Below, one piece after another: positions 22,544 through 32,219 of a DNA stretch of 34,882 bases; position 1 is the first letter of the stretch; every line of letters starts with the position of its first letter. This DNA comes from Catajapyx aquilonaris (taxonomy: Eukaryota). The notes beneath the pieces are model-generated. The model was not told the DNA's origin. It did no database searches and saw only the letters and a program-made list of their open reading frames with translations. The position numbers and the translations under genes are program-made. The stretch covers positions 1 through 34,882 of the forward strand of contig JYFJ02004093.1 in assembly GCA_000934665.2 (NCBI GenBank), read 5' to 3'.

Positions 22544-22846
22544 TATTTTCAAACCACAGATGATTGGAACCATGGATAACCAGGGGGCAACTCCATTATG
22601 AATACCCACTAAAAACTGTGGTGCGTGAAGATAAAAATTACCCTGGCAGGAATCCTTCAGATTGCAATGAAACTGGCCTATTCATTGGCTTGACCTGATT
22701 TCACTCTTACAGCACCCATGTTCAATGCCACAGCAACACCATTTCATAATCTCATAGGAACAACTAACTCCTTATGAACTCTGAAACTGCTCTGCCTTGG
22801 TATACTTATGCCCGGGTCCTTAAGGCCCATTCAGGTGGCATATGCT

Positions 22847-22909
22847 AGTGTATGTAGCAGAAGGTGCAGGTAGTACAAAGTACTACCTGCACCTTCTGTT
22901 ACATACACT
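22847..22909. repeat. 63-nt hairpin (30-bp arms, one mismatch, AAA loop)
   Basis: AGTGTATGTAGCAGAAGGTGCAGGTAGTAC aaa GTACTACCTGCACCTTCTGTTACATACACT. Confidence 0.9.
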
Positions 22910-23215
22910 TTTCATAATTATCATGAAGGTTCCGATGAATTCAGTCTGATGTGCGAGTTTGTAAAATTCTAATATGAACATGTCACTGGGAGGGGATTCA
23001 GTAGAGAAGCCACACCCTTTCTCTGACATGTTTGATCCCTATTGGCATACTTGGTGAACTTTCATAATGCAAGAAAGTTGATTATTTTTAGGTTGAAAGT
23101 CAAAGGAGTTAAGGAATGAGAGCACCAAATAGAGTGGTGGTGATTAACCCAAATGAATGTTTATGGTGATTACAAAGAGTATGAAAAAACAATGTACCAT
23201 TTGAACAGGCTTTTA

Positions 23216-23409
23216 AGGCGCGTTTACATGTGAGAGAATTGACAAGCTAAGCGGAGTGAAGTCTTTGCCAAGTGAAGTAACCAATATTGTTTGAGGTGAA
23301 AGTAACAATTGAGTTTCGCCTCAAACAATACTGGTTACTTGGGTTACTCAGCGATGTTACCGCTCGGCGAAGACTTCGCTCGTCAAATTGCTCACATGTA
23401 AACGCACCT
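23216..23409. mobile_element. PIF/Harbinger (Tourist-like) palindromic MITE
   Basis: TTA|AGGCGCGTTTACATGTGAG ... CTCACATGTAAACGCACCT|TTA; internal arms GTAACCAATATTGTTTGAGG / CCTCAAACAATACTGGTTAC. Confidence 0.85.
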
Positions 23410-23417
23410 TTACTTAC

Positions 23418-23641
23418 GCGTTTCTTGGAAGCAATCTGAAGCAATGTTTGCAACACATGGCTGGCAAATGCATCGACACACACTAATCGCAAGTCGTTTC
23501 CAAAGCTAGTCGTAAATCGAGCTAAATCTTCATCACTTGCAAGTGGAAGAAGCTTTTCCAGTACCCTAGAAACCATTTGGTTGCAAGAAAGGTCCACTTC
23601 AGTCCCTTCCGTCTGTGTAAAAACATTTGCAACAAATATGT
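23418..23641 (-). CDS. NOP9: NOP9 exon 2
   Basis: DIFVANVFTQTEGTEVDLSCNQMVSRVLEKLL...DAFASHVLQTLL (NOP9 N-terminal PUF repeats); ttgttacag| acceptor, |gtaagt donor; 224 nt. Confidence 0.9.
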
Positions 23642-23698
23642 CTGTAACAAGAGTCCTCATTATTATTGGTACAAAAAATTATTACCATGTGGGCAAAC

Positions 23699-23876
23699 CT
23701 CTTTCTTCATCAGAAGTAAACTCGTCCCTCAGTCGTTCCGCAACTCTAACAAAATACTGGTAGGAGTCTTCCTCAACTGCGTGACCTCGCCCATACTGCC
23801 CCTTCTTCGCGAATTTTCGTGCTTTGTACAAAAATGATCGCTTATTTTTCTTCCGCGTGGGCTCAGACGACGCCAT
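23699..23876 (-). CDS. NOP9: NOP9 exon 1 (start)
   Basis: MASSEPTRKKNKRSFLYKARKFAKKGQYGRG...YQYFVRV; ATG in AAGATGG context; |gtttgc donor, phase 1; the 8 exons sum to 1797 nt (598 aa). Confidence 0.85.
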
Positions 23877-24271
23877 CTTCGAACAGCTTCCTTAGTTGCT
23901 TTTCATTCCGTCAGGGGGTCTGGGTGGGATTCATATACCTTTTTTTTAAATTAATTTTGATATTAATGATAATGCTTTTTAAATTTTTTGATCAATTGAT
24001 ACTTATTTACTCTACCATATGTATAATGTAAATAAATTTAAAAACCATCTGGTAACATGAGTCTGATGGAAGTGCGCCCAGAATTCAATTCCCGTCGGAA
24101 GATGGAGGTTCGGGGCAGGGCAGCATAGGGCAGAACGGGGCAGACCGAGGGCAGAAGACAAAGACAAATGCACATGCCTCCGACGACGGACGACATCTCT
24201 GACCACTTGATGTCAGGCGCCAGGTAAGGTAAGGGCACGGTTTACACGTTCCAGCACACACTATCTCTGAT

Positions 24272-24311
24272 TCTGATTGGTTGTAGGGTTGAATCACGTC
24301 GTCTGATTGGC
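24272..24311 (-). promoter_or_regulatory. Two CCAAT boxes upstream of NOP9
   Basis: TCTGATTGG twice (CCAATCAGA on -), about 400 bp upstream of the ATG; may be TE-borne. Confidence 0.3.
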
Positions 24312-24599
24312 AACATAGTTGAATTAAAATTTAATATTAATAATCAGATCCAAATTTTTTTACTGCAGCCTTGTGTAGTATTACTTTCGGGGGGGAAATG
24401 TGTTATTGTTACATGAAGGCAAAGCTTGGCTCCTATTGGAGATGCGAGTGATGGTAACATGGTCAAAGAATATGTTAACAGTTATGTCTAGTTAGAAAAT
24501 GAAACTGCAAAAGGTAGTTCGAAAATACGCGTAGCAAGGGCTGTGCACGATATTCTCAAACAGACTGATTTATGATTATCACTGGGAAAGAGAGGGTCT

Positions 24600-24810
24600 C
24601 ACTGGTGTGGCGCGGATGTTCCAGAGTGGAGAAAAATTCCTCTATGTTGACCCTGGACTGCCAATGGATGACAGTTTCTGCACCAGGTTGTGTCAAGTTA
24701 TTGGAACTATACTCTTCCCTGTAACTGGGCATTCATTTCTACCCTCGGACAAGGCTTTTGGTATTTTTGAGAAAAGCGTTTGCAAACACAAGACAATAAT
24801 GTAGCCACAA
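24600..24810 (+). pseudogene. Degenerate DNA transposase fragment (Sola-like motif)
   Basis: FPVTGHSFLPSDKAFGIFEK matches the GH(S/T)xLPxDxxFGxIEK pattern I associate with Sola-type DDD transposases; surrounding frames broken. Confidence 0.45.
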
Positions 24811-25841
24811 CAAATTAGGAGAAACGTCAACAGTTCATCGTTTCAGAAATGATCATGGGTTCATGACAATTGTTGGGCCGTGGCAAACTGGAAGATGTTT
24901 GCAGAAGAGCACTGCAACTACTTTGCAAGAGACCTCTTCCATTTCAAGTTTATGGAGACTAAGCACATTTTCATAAGGAGAAGTGGCCTGTGGCGAGTTC
25001 TGTTCTGCTTTGACAAGTTAATGCAGTGTGGCCACACTGCATTAACTTGTCAAAGCAGAACAGAACTATTGCTCCCTTCACAGACTGAAGTGGGGTGGAC
25101 ATTGCAAAGCGTGTACTGTACAAGCTTGGAGATGGCAACCACTTTTGAAAACAGTCCCAAACTCCGTGAATAGTTTGAAGTTACACGATGTTGCTAATCT
25201 GCTTTCAAAGCACTTTGAAGAAAATTGCAAGTACTTTACTTGGACACCCTGAAGAACAGTATTATCTACAATGTATTAAAAAGGCTGACAGTCGTGAAAC
25301 AATGCAAGATGAGCAACATGGAATCAGCAATAAGAAGGTGAATGGGATGCCTCAATGATGAGGTCAGTAACAAACTTGTTTGAAATTGATGTAAAATCAT
25401 TGTCAGTTTTTATAATTGATTGCATAATGTATGATATACAGATGAAAGTGTCTCCCCCCCCCCCCCACTTATCTCCCTTTTAGACACCGTGATTCATAAT
25501 ATTATTGTTACTGTTGTTGGGTGATCGAGTGTTGAAGGTTCAAATAAATGTTGGTGGGTTGTTATCAAAAAGGTGAATTTAATGTGACATTATGTACAAA
25601 AATGTTCTCTTGGAATCACCACAATTCAGAGTTACAATAATTGCTGACGTTACTGCTGTTCCCAGCCAAGGTTACAAGTTCTAAGTTAAATCCAATAAAG
25701 CACGTTGCCTCAGCGAAGGCCTGGCCAAATACCAGCCTCACGGGTTAAATCGGAGCAGCTACATTCCCAATCGTGAGCCCTAGCCCGCGCCCAGCAGCAA
25801 CTACCTTGTCCTGTGCAGAAGTAGGCTATGTTATTCTTATA

Positions 25842-26265
25842 CAGGGTGTATCTGAACTCAGTGCCCCGACGTATATGACTGCCTTCCTAGCCACCAGAGG
25901 ATCGATTTAAGTATAGGAGTCATATGTCTGGGCAGCCTCATTACTGAGATACACTCTTTAGCGATTTTTGCCTAATCGCTCCTTCTGACTTTTAAATAGA
26001 ATTTTCTGGTGTAACTAGCCAAAGAGGCCTTACCACCTGTGGGCAACAAACCAACAAAGTCCGGCCCCCAGACCTTCCAGAGCCTTCTGACTGGAGGAGG
26101 GTTCGATGGGTGGCCTAACCGACAGGATATTTTGTACTACATGTTTGCGGCCAATTATCTCCGTAATGCGGCGGCCAAACATAATGACTCCTATACTTAA
26201 ATCGATCCTCTGGTGGCTAGGAAAGCAGTCATATACGTCGGGGCACTGAGTTCAGATACACCCTG
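25842..26265. mobile_element. Tc1/mariner-type MITE (family M1), inverted relative to the 5472 copy
   Basis: TA TSD, same TIRs; interior is the reverse complement of 5472-5895 with few differences. Confidence 0.92.
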
Positions 26266-27025
26266 TATACTGGCCTGTGCATGACAATATGAGGAAACCC
26301 TCCTGTTGCACAAGCAAAGTCAGCTTGTTTTGCCCAATGTGGCAATGCAAATACTCGTTTGACTCTTTAGATATGGGGTTCCCCAATCCACTTGTACCAT
26401 TATCTAAACTGTACGTTACTGGTACGTTACACGTTCACATGTTAGCGAATATTCATATAAATAGGACATACCAGGGGAGCCCCCCTATGTAACGGCGATA
26501 GCCTATCGGGGTATACAATAAAACTAAACTAAACTATACAGATGTAAGTCTAGTGCAGATGGAAGTAAAATACATTGTACATCTATGAGGTAACTCTTGA
26601 TTTAGTGCAATTTACCTACTTCAGGATATTCAAATTTCAGTTCACAACCTACATACAGTAAAACACTATACACTATACACACTATACAGTAAAACTTCTG
26701 TAAGTCGAACTTCCCTTACTCGAAGTTCTCCATAACTCGAAGTGCTAGCAGGGCCCCTTACGATGGGATATCAATGCACGCATTTTCAGTCTCCCTAAGT
26801 CGAAGATCATGTTGTCGAGTACGGAAAATTGTCTTATTTCCCAGCCGAAGGGTTGAGAGTACAGAGAGGCTCAATTTCCTGATCTCCGTCTACCAGACTT
26901 ACCAAAAGAAGTGTTTGTCTATATTGTGATAATTGAATCCTTGAGTCTAAGAGTAGGCAAATGTCCATAACGGAGATTTCTTTACAAAAAAACAACGAGG
27001 AACATTGTAAGTGTGATAGTGACAT

Positions 27026-27182
27026 GGGAGGCGGAGTGGTGCTGCGGTAACGCACGCGCCCACGGATGTTAAGGTCCCGGGTTCGATCCCAGCCCAGGGT
27101 TCCCCCCTTCATCTCGTGCAGAGTTGGGCCATCTCTGGCTTCGTCTCGGGTGGAAATTTCCACTAGACTAATCCACCCAGGG
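27026..27182 (+). mobile_element. SINE family B, 5' part
   Basis: GGGAGGCGGAGTGGTGCTGCGGTAACG...GGTTCGATCCCAGCCC; reverse complement of the head of the 1897-2248 copy. Confidence 0.85.
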
Positions 27183-27234
27183 GAGGGAACCTATTATAGT
27201 TGAAGCGCCCGGGCCCACGGGCAGGATGACAGGA

Positions 27235-27444
27235 GGGGATGTGCAAGGTGCAGTGCATCTGACGCTGTGGCCATTTTTAGTGAACTCCCCTGGGTGGTTT
27301 AGTCTGTGGAAATACCACCCGAGACGAAGCCAGAGGTGACCCTGAACTCTGCACGAGATGAAGGGGGTGTCTCCGGGCTGGGATCAAACCCGGGACCTTA
27401 ACATCCGTGGGCGCGTACGTTACCGCAGCACCACTCCGCCTCCC
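27235..27444 (-). mobile_element. SINE family B, 5' part, inverted relative to its neighbour
   Basis: Collinear with about 2040-2248. Confidence 0.85.
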
Positions 27445-27460
27445 CCTCAATTAACATATA

Positions 27461-27898
27461 CAGGGTGTATCAAAACTCTACCATAAGCCATGTACCAATG
27501 GCATAAGGGGCACCAGAGCATCATTATATGTAGAGGGGTCATCATCTCTAGGCCGCCTCATTACGGAGATAATTGCCTTCAAACACGTAGTACAAAGTAT
27601 CCTGGGAGGTATGGAAACCTTCAGCCCCGACATCGCATCACTCGTGAAAATAGCAGCTTTTCCATTTATCTACTAGCATGTCGCATGTGTACTGCATGTC
27701 GCATGTGATCTGTGACCATTTGTGACAATCTGTGACAATCTGTGACAATCCCTCTTAGGCCCAATTGCTAAAACGCAAATGATCAATTATCTCAGTAATG
27801 AGGCTGCCCAGACATAATGACTCCTCTACATTAATTGATCCCCTGGTGCCCATTAAGCCATTGGCATATGGCTTATGGTGGAGTTTTGATACACCCTG
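27461..27898. mobile_element. Tc1/mariner-type MITE related to family M1
   Basis: TA|CAGGGTGTATCAAAACTC ... GAGTTTTGATACACCCTG|TA; shares CATTACGGAGATAATT and ATGAGGCTGCCCAGACATA with M1; internal TGTGACAATC x3. Confidence 0.88.
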
Positions 27899-28288
27899 TA
27901 TACAATATATGGTTCCAAAAATAGTGGTATTCCACTCCCGTAAAAAGGGCCCAAGGCCTGAGAATGGGGAACTGTAAAGAAAAAAGAAAAAGAAAAAAAA
28001 GGAGAAAAATATAGTTACAGTTAATTTTAAGTTTTAAAACACCTCTCGTCGGTGGGTATAAAGGTAGGCTTCCTTATAGAGTTCTGTGGTTTAAATAATC
28101 CAAACTCAAATCTTCTATATCTCGAAGTTTTTTTCCGGTCCCATGCAGATTCGACTTGTAGAAGTTTTACTGTACCTGTTTCCATCAAAGTCGGCTATCT
28201 GCAAAGATCATCAGGCATTAGGTCAATATAGGTAAAGAATCCTGATTTTGTTCAATTCTGCCAATCATGACAGGTGCTAGCTGTACTC

Positions 28289-28582
28289 TAATAATAATAA
28301 TAATTCATACCCCCATTATCCACCAGCGGCTCTCTTTTAGGGGGGAAATTTTTGTTTTGACTGGAACTCTTTGCATTCATTCTTTATTTGCTTTTAGGGA
28401 TAGGATAGGGACAGAAGGAAGCGGCTGTGGCCTGTTTTTACGGAAACGACCCCGGAGTTATCCTGGGGGGACCGTGGAAAACCACAGAAAACCACGGTCA
28501 GGGTCGCCGGCCCCGGGATTCGAACCCAGGACCTCCCGATTAGCAGGCGGACTCCATATCCACTACACCAACCTGCTTCGGT
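28289..28582 (-). mobile_element. SINE family A
   Basis: Reverse complement of family A head, body and tail; (AAT)n from 28289. Confidence 0.88.
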
Positions 28583-29057
28583 GCTGTAGCCTACTCTACC
28601 TAAGCACTTGATAATGGTATGATCAAAATAACAAATTTTCAGCTGCACAAAGCAAAACTTAAAAAGTGGCAGTCTCTAGGAATGAGGTTTCGCTAATAGC
28701 CTCTTTTGGCAGCCATGTCATTTCATGGCGCTCATGAACTTTATGTAGCCATTGTCATCAGTGACCAGAAAAGGGCTGACTTTCCACAATCATTGCAGTG
28801 CAGCAGTTTCGATAACTGGACATATACCTAGGTGCTATTACTTCCAGGTCTGATGTAGTCTGCTATATATGTATGTGCTTTATACCTACAACATATTAAT
28901 ATTTTGCTCACTTCTGCATCCGCTGTTACAGATAAGAAACTCCTGTGATTTGCCATACTAGAGACAATGGTGAATATATTAAAGTCCATTTTTCCATTTA
29001 TTTCATTCAAAATATCGTCAACTGACACTTCTGTAATAATGTGTTAGTGACATTGTA

Positions 29058-29602
29058 CAGGGTGATTCTCTCGAATGGAAACCTAAACATTCCTCAATAA
29101 CTTTTTAACTATGGCCCGATTCCCGATGAAAATTGACACGTACTTACCTTGTATCATGCCATTCAAACAAGGTCTGACTAAAGAATATACCAAAAGTGGT
29201 CCCCTCCAGCATCCAAGAATTTTTTAATGCGAGTCTGCATATCGCCGAAGACTCCTGCCAATTGGCGGCCAGGGATGCCGTCCATCCCCACCTGCCCGCC
29301 TACTTAGCGACAGAGCATCTCAAGGCAACGGGCCCATTGCTTTGAGATGGCCTCTCTCCAAGCAGGCAGGCGGGCGGGGATGAATGCCATGCACGCCTTC
29401 AATCGGCATGAGTCTTCGGCGATATGCAGACTCGCATTTAAAAATTCCAGGGTGCTGGAGGGGACCACTTTTGGTATATTCTTTAGTCAGACCCTGTTTG
29501 GCATGATACAAGGTAAGTACATGTCAATTTTCACCAGGAACCATACCATAGGTAAAAAGTTATTGAGGAATGTTTGGGTTTCCATTAGAGAGAATCACCC
29601 CG
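29058..29602. mobile_element. Foldback Tc1/mariner-type MITE (family M3)
   Basis: TA|CAGGGTGATTCTCTC ... GAGAGAATCACCCCG|TA; palindromic through to the central GGGCCC (about 29333). Confidence 0.9.
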
Positions 29603-29628
29603 TAGAATAAATATTACTTGCCATTATA

Positions 29629-30216
29629 CAGGGTGTATCAGAGTCACGGGTCAAGCGCGCGCGAGGGGGTGGGGAAAAATCGTAGGTGGCGACAACCCCG
29701 GTCGGTTTTATGAAACAATTAGAAATACGGCAGTAATCAATTTATTTATTACGGCCGTAAGGCGTGACGTCACGTCCTTTCTGGATTCGAATCGTCCCCC
29801 GCGGACTGGCAGATTGTAGTGATTTGAAGCTGCTTGACGTTTTTGTTGTTAGCCTTTGGGGGTGCACTGAAAAAGACGCTCTCATGCTACACCGGCAGCG
29901 TACTGTACAAAGTAGTGTACGACTGTACAGTGGTGGGTTCAGTACTCTGCCGGTGTAGCATGAGAGCGCCTTTTTCAGTGCACCCCCAAAGGCTAAAAAC
30001 AAAAACGTCAAGCAGCTTCAAATCACTACAATCTGCCAGTCCGCGAGGGACGATTCGAATCCAGCAAGGACATGACGTCACGCCTTAGGGCCGTAATAAA
30101 TAAGTTGACTACTGCCGTATTTCTAATTGTTTCATAAAACCGACCGGGGTTGTCGCCACCTACGATTTTTCCCCACCCCCTCGCGCGCGCTTGACCCGTG
30201 ACTCTGAAACACCCTG
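29629..30216. mobile_element. Foldback Tc1/mariner-type MITE (family M2), second copy
   Basis: TA TSD; outer arms near-identical to 12456-13039; central loop in opposite orientation. Confidence 0.93.
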
Positions 30217-30571
30217 TATTCCACACACACTTACCAATGGGAGTCCCAAGAACTGACCCAAACTAGTTCAGAGCAGCCAACCAGTCCAACGAGATCAGGG
30301 TAATAGCAAGGTAGCTCTGCTAGTCCCATGGGAACATTAATACTATCAAAACACAATGCATAAAATTTTATTCCTGATTGTAAAACACTGCAAGTCATTT
30401 TTCATCCAAGCCAAAAGTAAGTGGCCCAGAGTACATGATAAAATTCAATTCCATTTACACAGTGTTTTCTGTAATACTGATCAGTCCTTAGAAGGACACA
30501 GTCCTTTCTGAATAAATATAATAAAGGAAGAAAAAATGAAGAACTAGTAAAAAAACTTGGAAAGCGTAGGA

Positions 30572-30718
30572 TTAACGCCCTGCGTCATATCCTGGAAGTA
30601 ACTTCCGCAATGCTGCTGAGAGGGCTTCATTCACTTCTGCCTTGTATTTCTTCCCCAATTCAAGCCGACAGGACGGGCAAGTGAATACTTCTGCTTTGAA
30701 TGATCGTTTCAGGCAACT
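30572..30718 (-). CDS. UHRF1: E3 ubiquitin ligase UHRF1, terminal exon (RING C-terminal half)
   Basis: SCLKRSFKAEVFTCPSCRLELGKKYKAEVNEALSAALRKLLPGYDAGR* (UHRF-type PGYxxGR end); attttcag| acceptor; AATAAA on - at 30367-30372. Confidence 0.92.
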   Translation of the reverse strand, partial: SCLKRSFKAEVFTCPSCRLELGKKYKAEVNEALSAALRKLLPGYDAGR

Positions 30719-30835
30719 CTGAAAATAATTCACAGACGCAATGGTGCATGAGAGGTGTGGTGTTGCCAGTACAAATGATGAGGCCAAGTCAAAAATGAAA
30801 AGTGACCAGTGACATAGGAAATGTCTGTCACTAAC

Positions 30836-31207
30836 CTTGCAGATGTTGTGTTTGCAATTTGTGGTGACTGGTTTGTACACCACCTCATGGCAGCAAATGC
30901 AGCGGAAAGTTTCTTCCACCTTATCCAAGAATTTCATCTTGCCTTCATGTGCTGCTGCCTTACATTCATCCCAGAAAGTGGTGTTGGCAGCATCCTTTTC
31001 AATGAGGGTCACAACCTGCTCCCCCAGTTTGTAGGGCATTGTTTTGACCTTTTTTGGGCTTGCCTCCACAACTGATGCCCGGGTTGGTGATCTGGTCCTC
31101 TTGCCCCTTCCCTCTCCTTTGGGTGAGGACTTCCCACTTGACTCACATTCTTTGTTGCTCGTTTCCTGTGCCTTTTCTGCCAGTGCCTCCTGGTAACCAT
31201 CAGGATA
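30836..31207 (-). CDS. UHRF1: UHRF1 penultimate exon (polybasic linker and RING N-terminal half)
   Basis: YPDGYQEALAEK...FLDKVEETFRCICCHEVVYKPVTTNCKHNICK; tgtgtctag| acceptor, |gttagt donor; 372 nt. Confidence 0.92.
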
Positions 31208-31398
31208 CTAGACACAAAGAGAAAGAATAGTTTTTAAGGCTACTTCTGTTTGCCTGTAATGAAGTGGTCCATTCAGTATTTAGCCTTCCAAGTTATTCAA
31301 TAATGTTACTTTTTATTATTGCTATTATGGTGGCTGTCACATACCCACCAAGAAAACTTGCTGAAAATAATTATATGAAAGCAAGGAAAATAACTCAC

Positions 31399-31555
31399 AA
31401 TCACTTCGAGACCCAGCTCCTTAATCCGTTTCTTGCCTTCCTTGGTCCAAGGAGCAGGCTCTGGATCGTCCCTCCGCAGAAGGTATCGCCACACCAAAAA
31501 CCCGGACTTTCCTTCTCCTGGCCAGTACTTTACAACCTTGTAAATTCCATCGTAT
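31399..31555 (-). CDS. UHRF1: UHRF1 exon (C-terminal part of the SRA/YDG domain)
   Basis: (R)[41 protein letters not shown]; gggttacag| acceptor (phase 2), |gtgagt donor; upstream exons not found in the window. Confidence 0.93.
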
Positions 31556-31883
31556 CTGTAACCCAAAAAGTAGACAAAGTGTAAAATACAAGTACGTATT
31601 TATATTCATCTTGGGCCATTCAAAATATTTCCAGAGTGGCATTACATTTCAAAGCTGATTTTAAAAAGAACGGGGTTTCTGTTACCTGCAGTTTGAAAAT
31701 AATAAATATTAATATATATGTTACAAGTACAAAATGTAACACATTTTATTGTACAGATTAGGCTACTGCATTCTTATAACTATCCTATTATATTAATAAT
31801 TGCTTTTGTTGCTGCCTGAATGTGCACAAATTGTGAATTAAATTTCACCACAGTGCAATACCAGGATTCTATTGTTATAGCTA

Positions 31884-32062
31884 CAGTAAGACCTGGATGT
31901 AACGCTCCTGCATATAACACTATCCCGCTTTTACGCCCTTTTCTTCGGTCCCTTGATCACCCCCATAAGGCCCAATGGTAAATTTTCCTGCTCTTAACGC
32001 TTTCCCGCATATACAGATCGATTGCCCTGGTCCACAGAGAAACTTATCCTGCATATAACGTC
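31884..32062 (+). mobile_element. Left end of a pogo/Tigger-like element
   Basis: TA|CAGTAAGACCTGGATGTAACG with repeated CC(T/C)GCATATA / TAACG subterminal motifs; right end not found. Confidence 0.55.
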
Positions 32063-32219
32063 AATTTCCTCCCCACAATAGCGGTTATGGGAAGGAAAGT
32101 GATGGAAATTGAAAAAACAACAACAACAACAACAATTCGGCTACAGATTTTAAAAACATTTTTTGGATTTTCCCTTGTTCGGCGTTTATTTCTTGTCATA
32201 AGAAAATGTGTTGGATAAA

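Larger units (their letters stand above)
26687..28172. mobile_element. pogo/Tigger-like non-autonomous element (family P) with nested SINEs and a MITE
   Basis: TA|CAGTAAAACTTCTGTAAGTCGAA ... TTCGACTTGTAGAAGTTTTACTG|TA. Confidence 0.75.

Noticed and set aside
31620..31690. Possible extra UHRF1 SRA exon (ALKCNATL and GNR-like words on -)
   Set aside because: Fragments are in the wrong order, hit a stop quickly and lack usable splice sites; the true upstream exon is probably beyond the window
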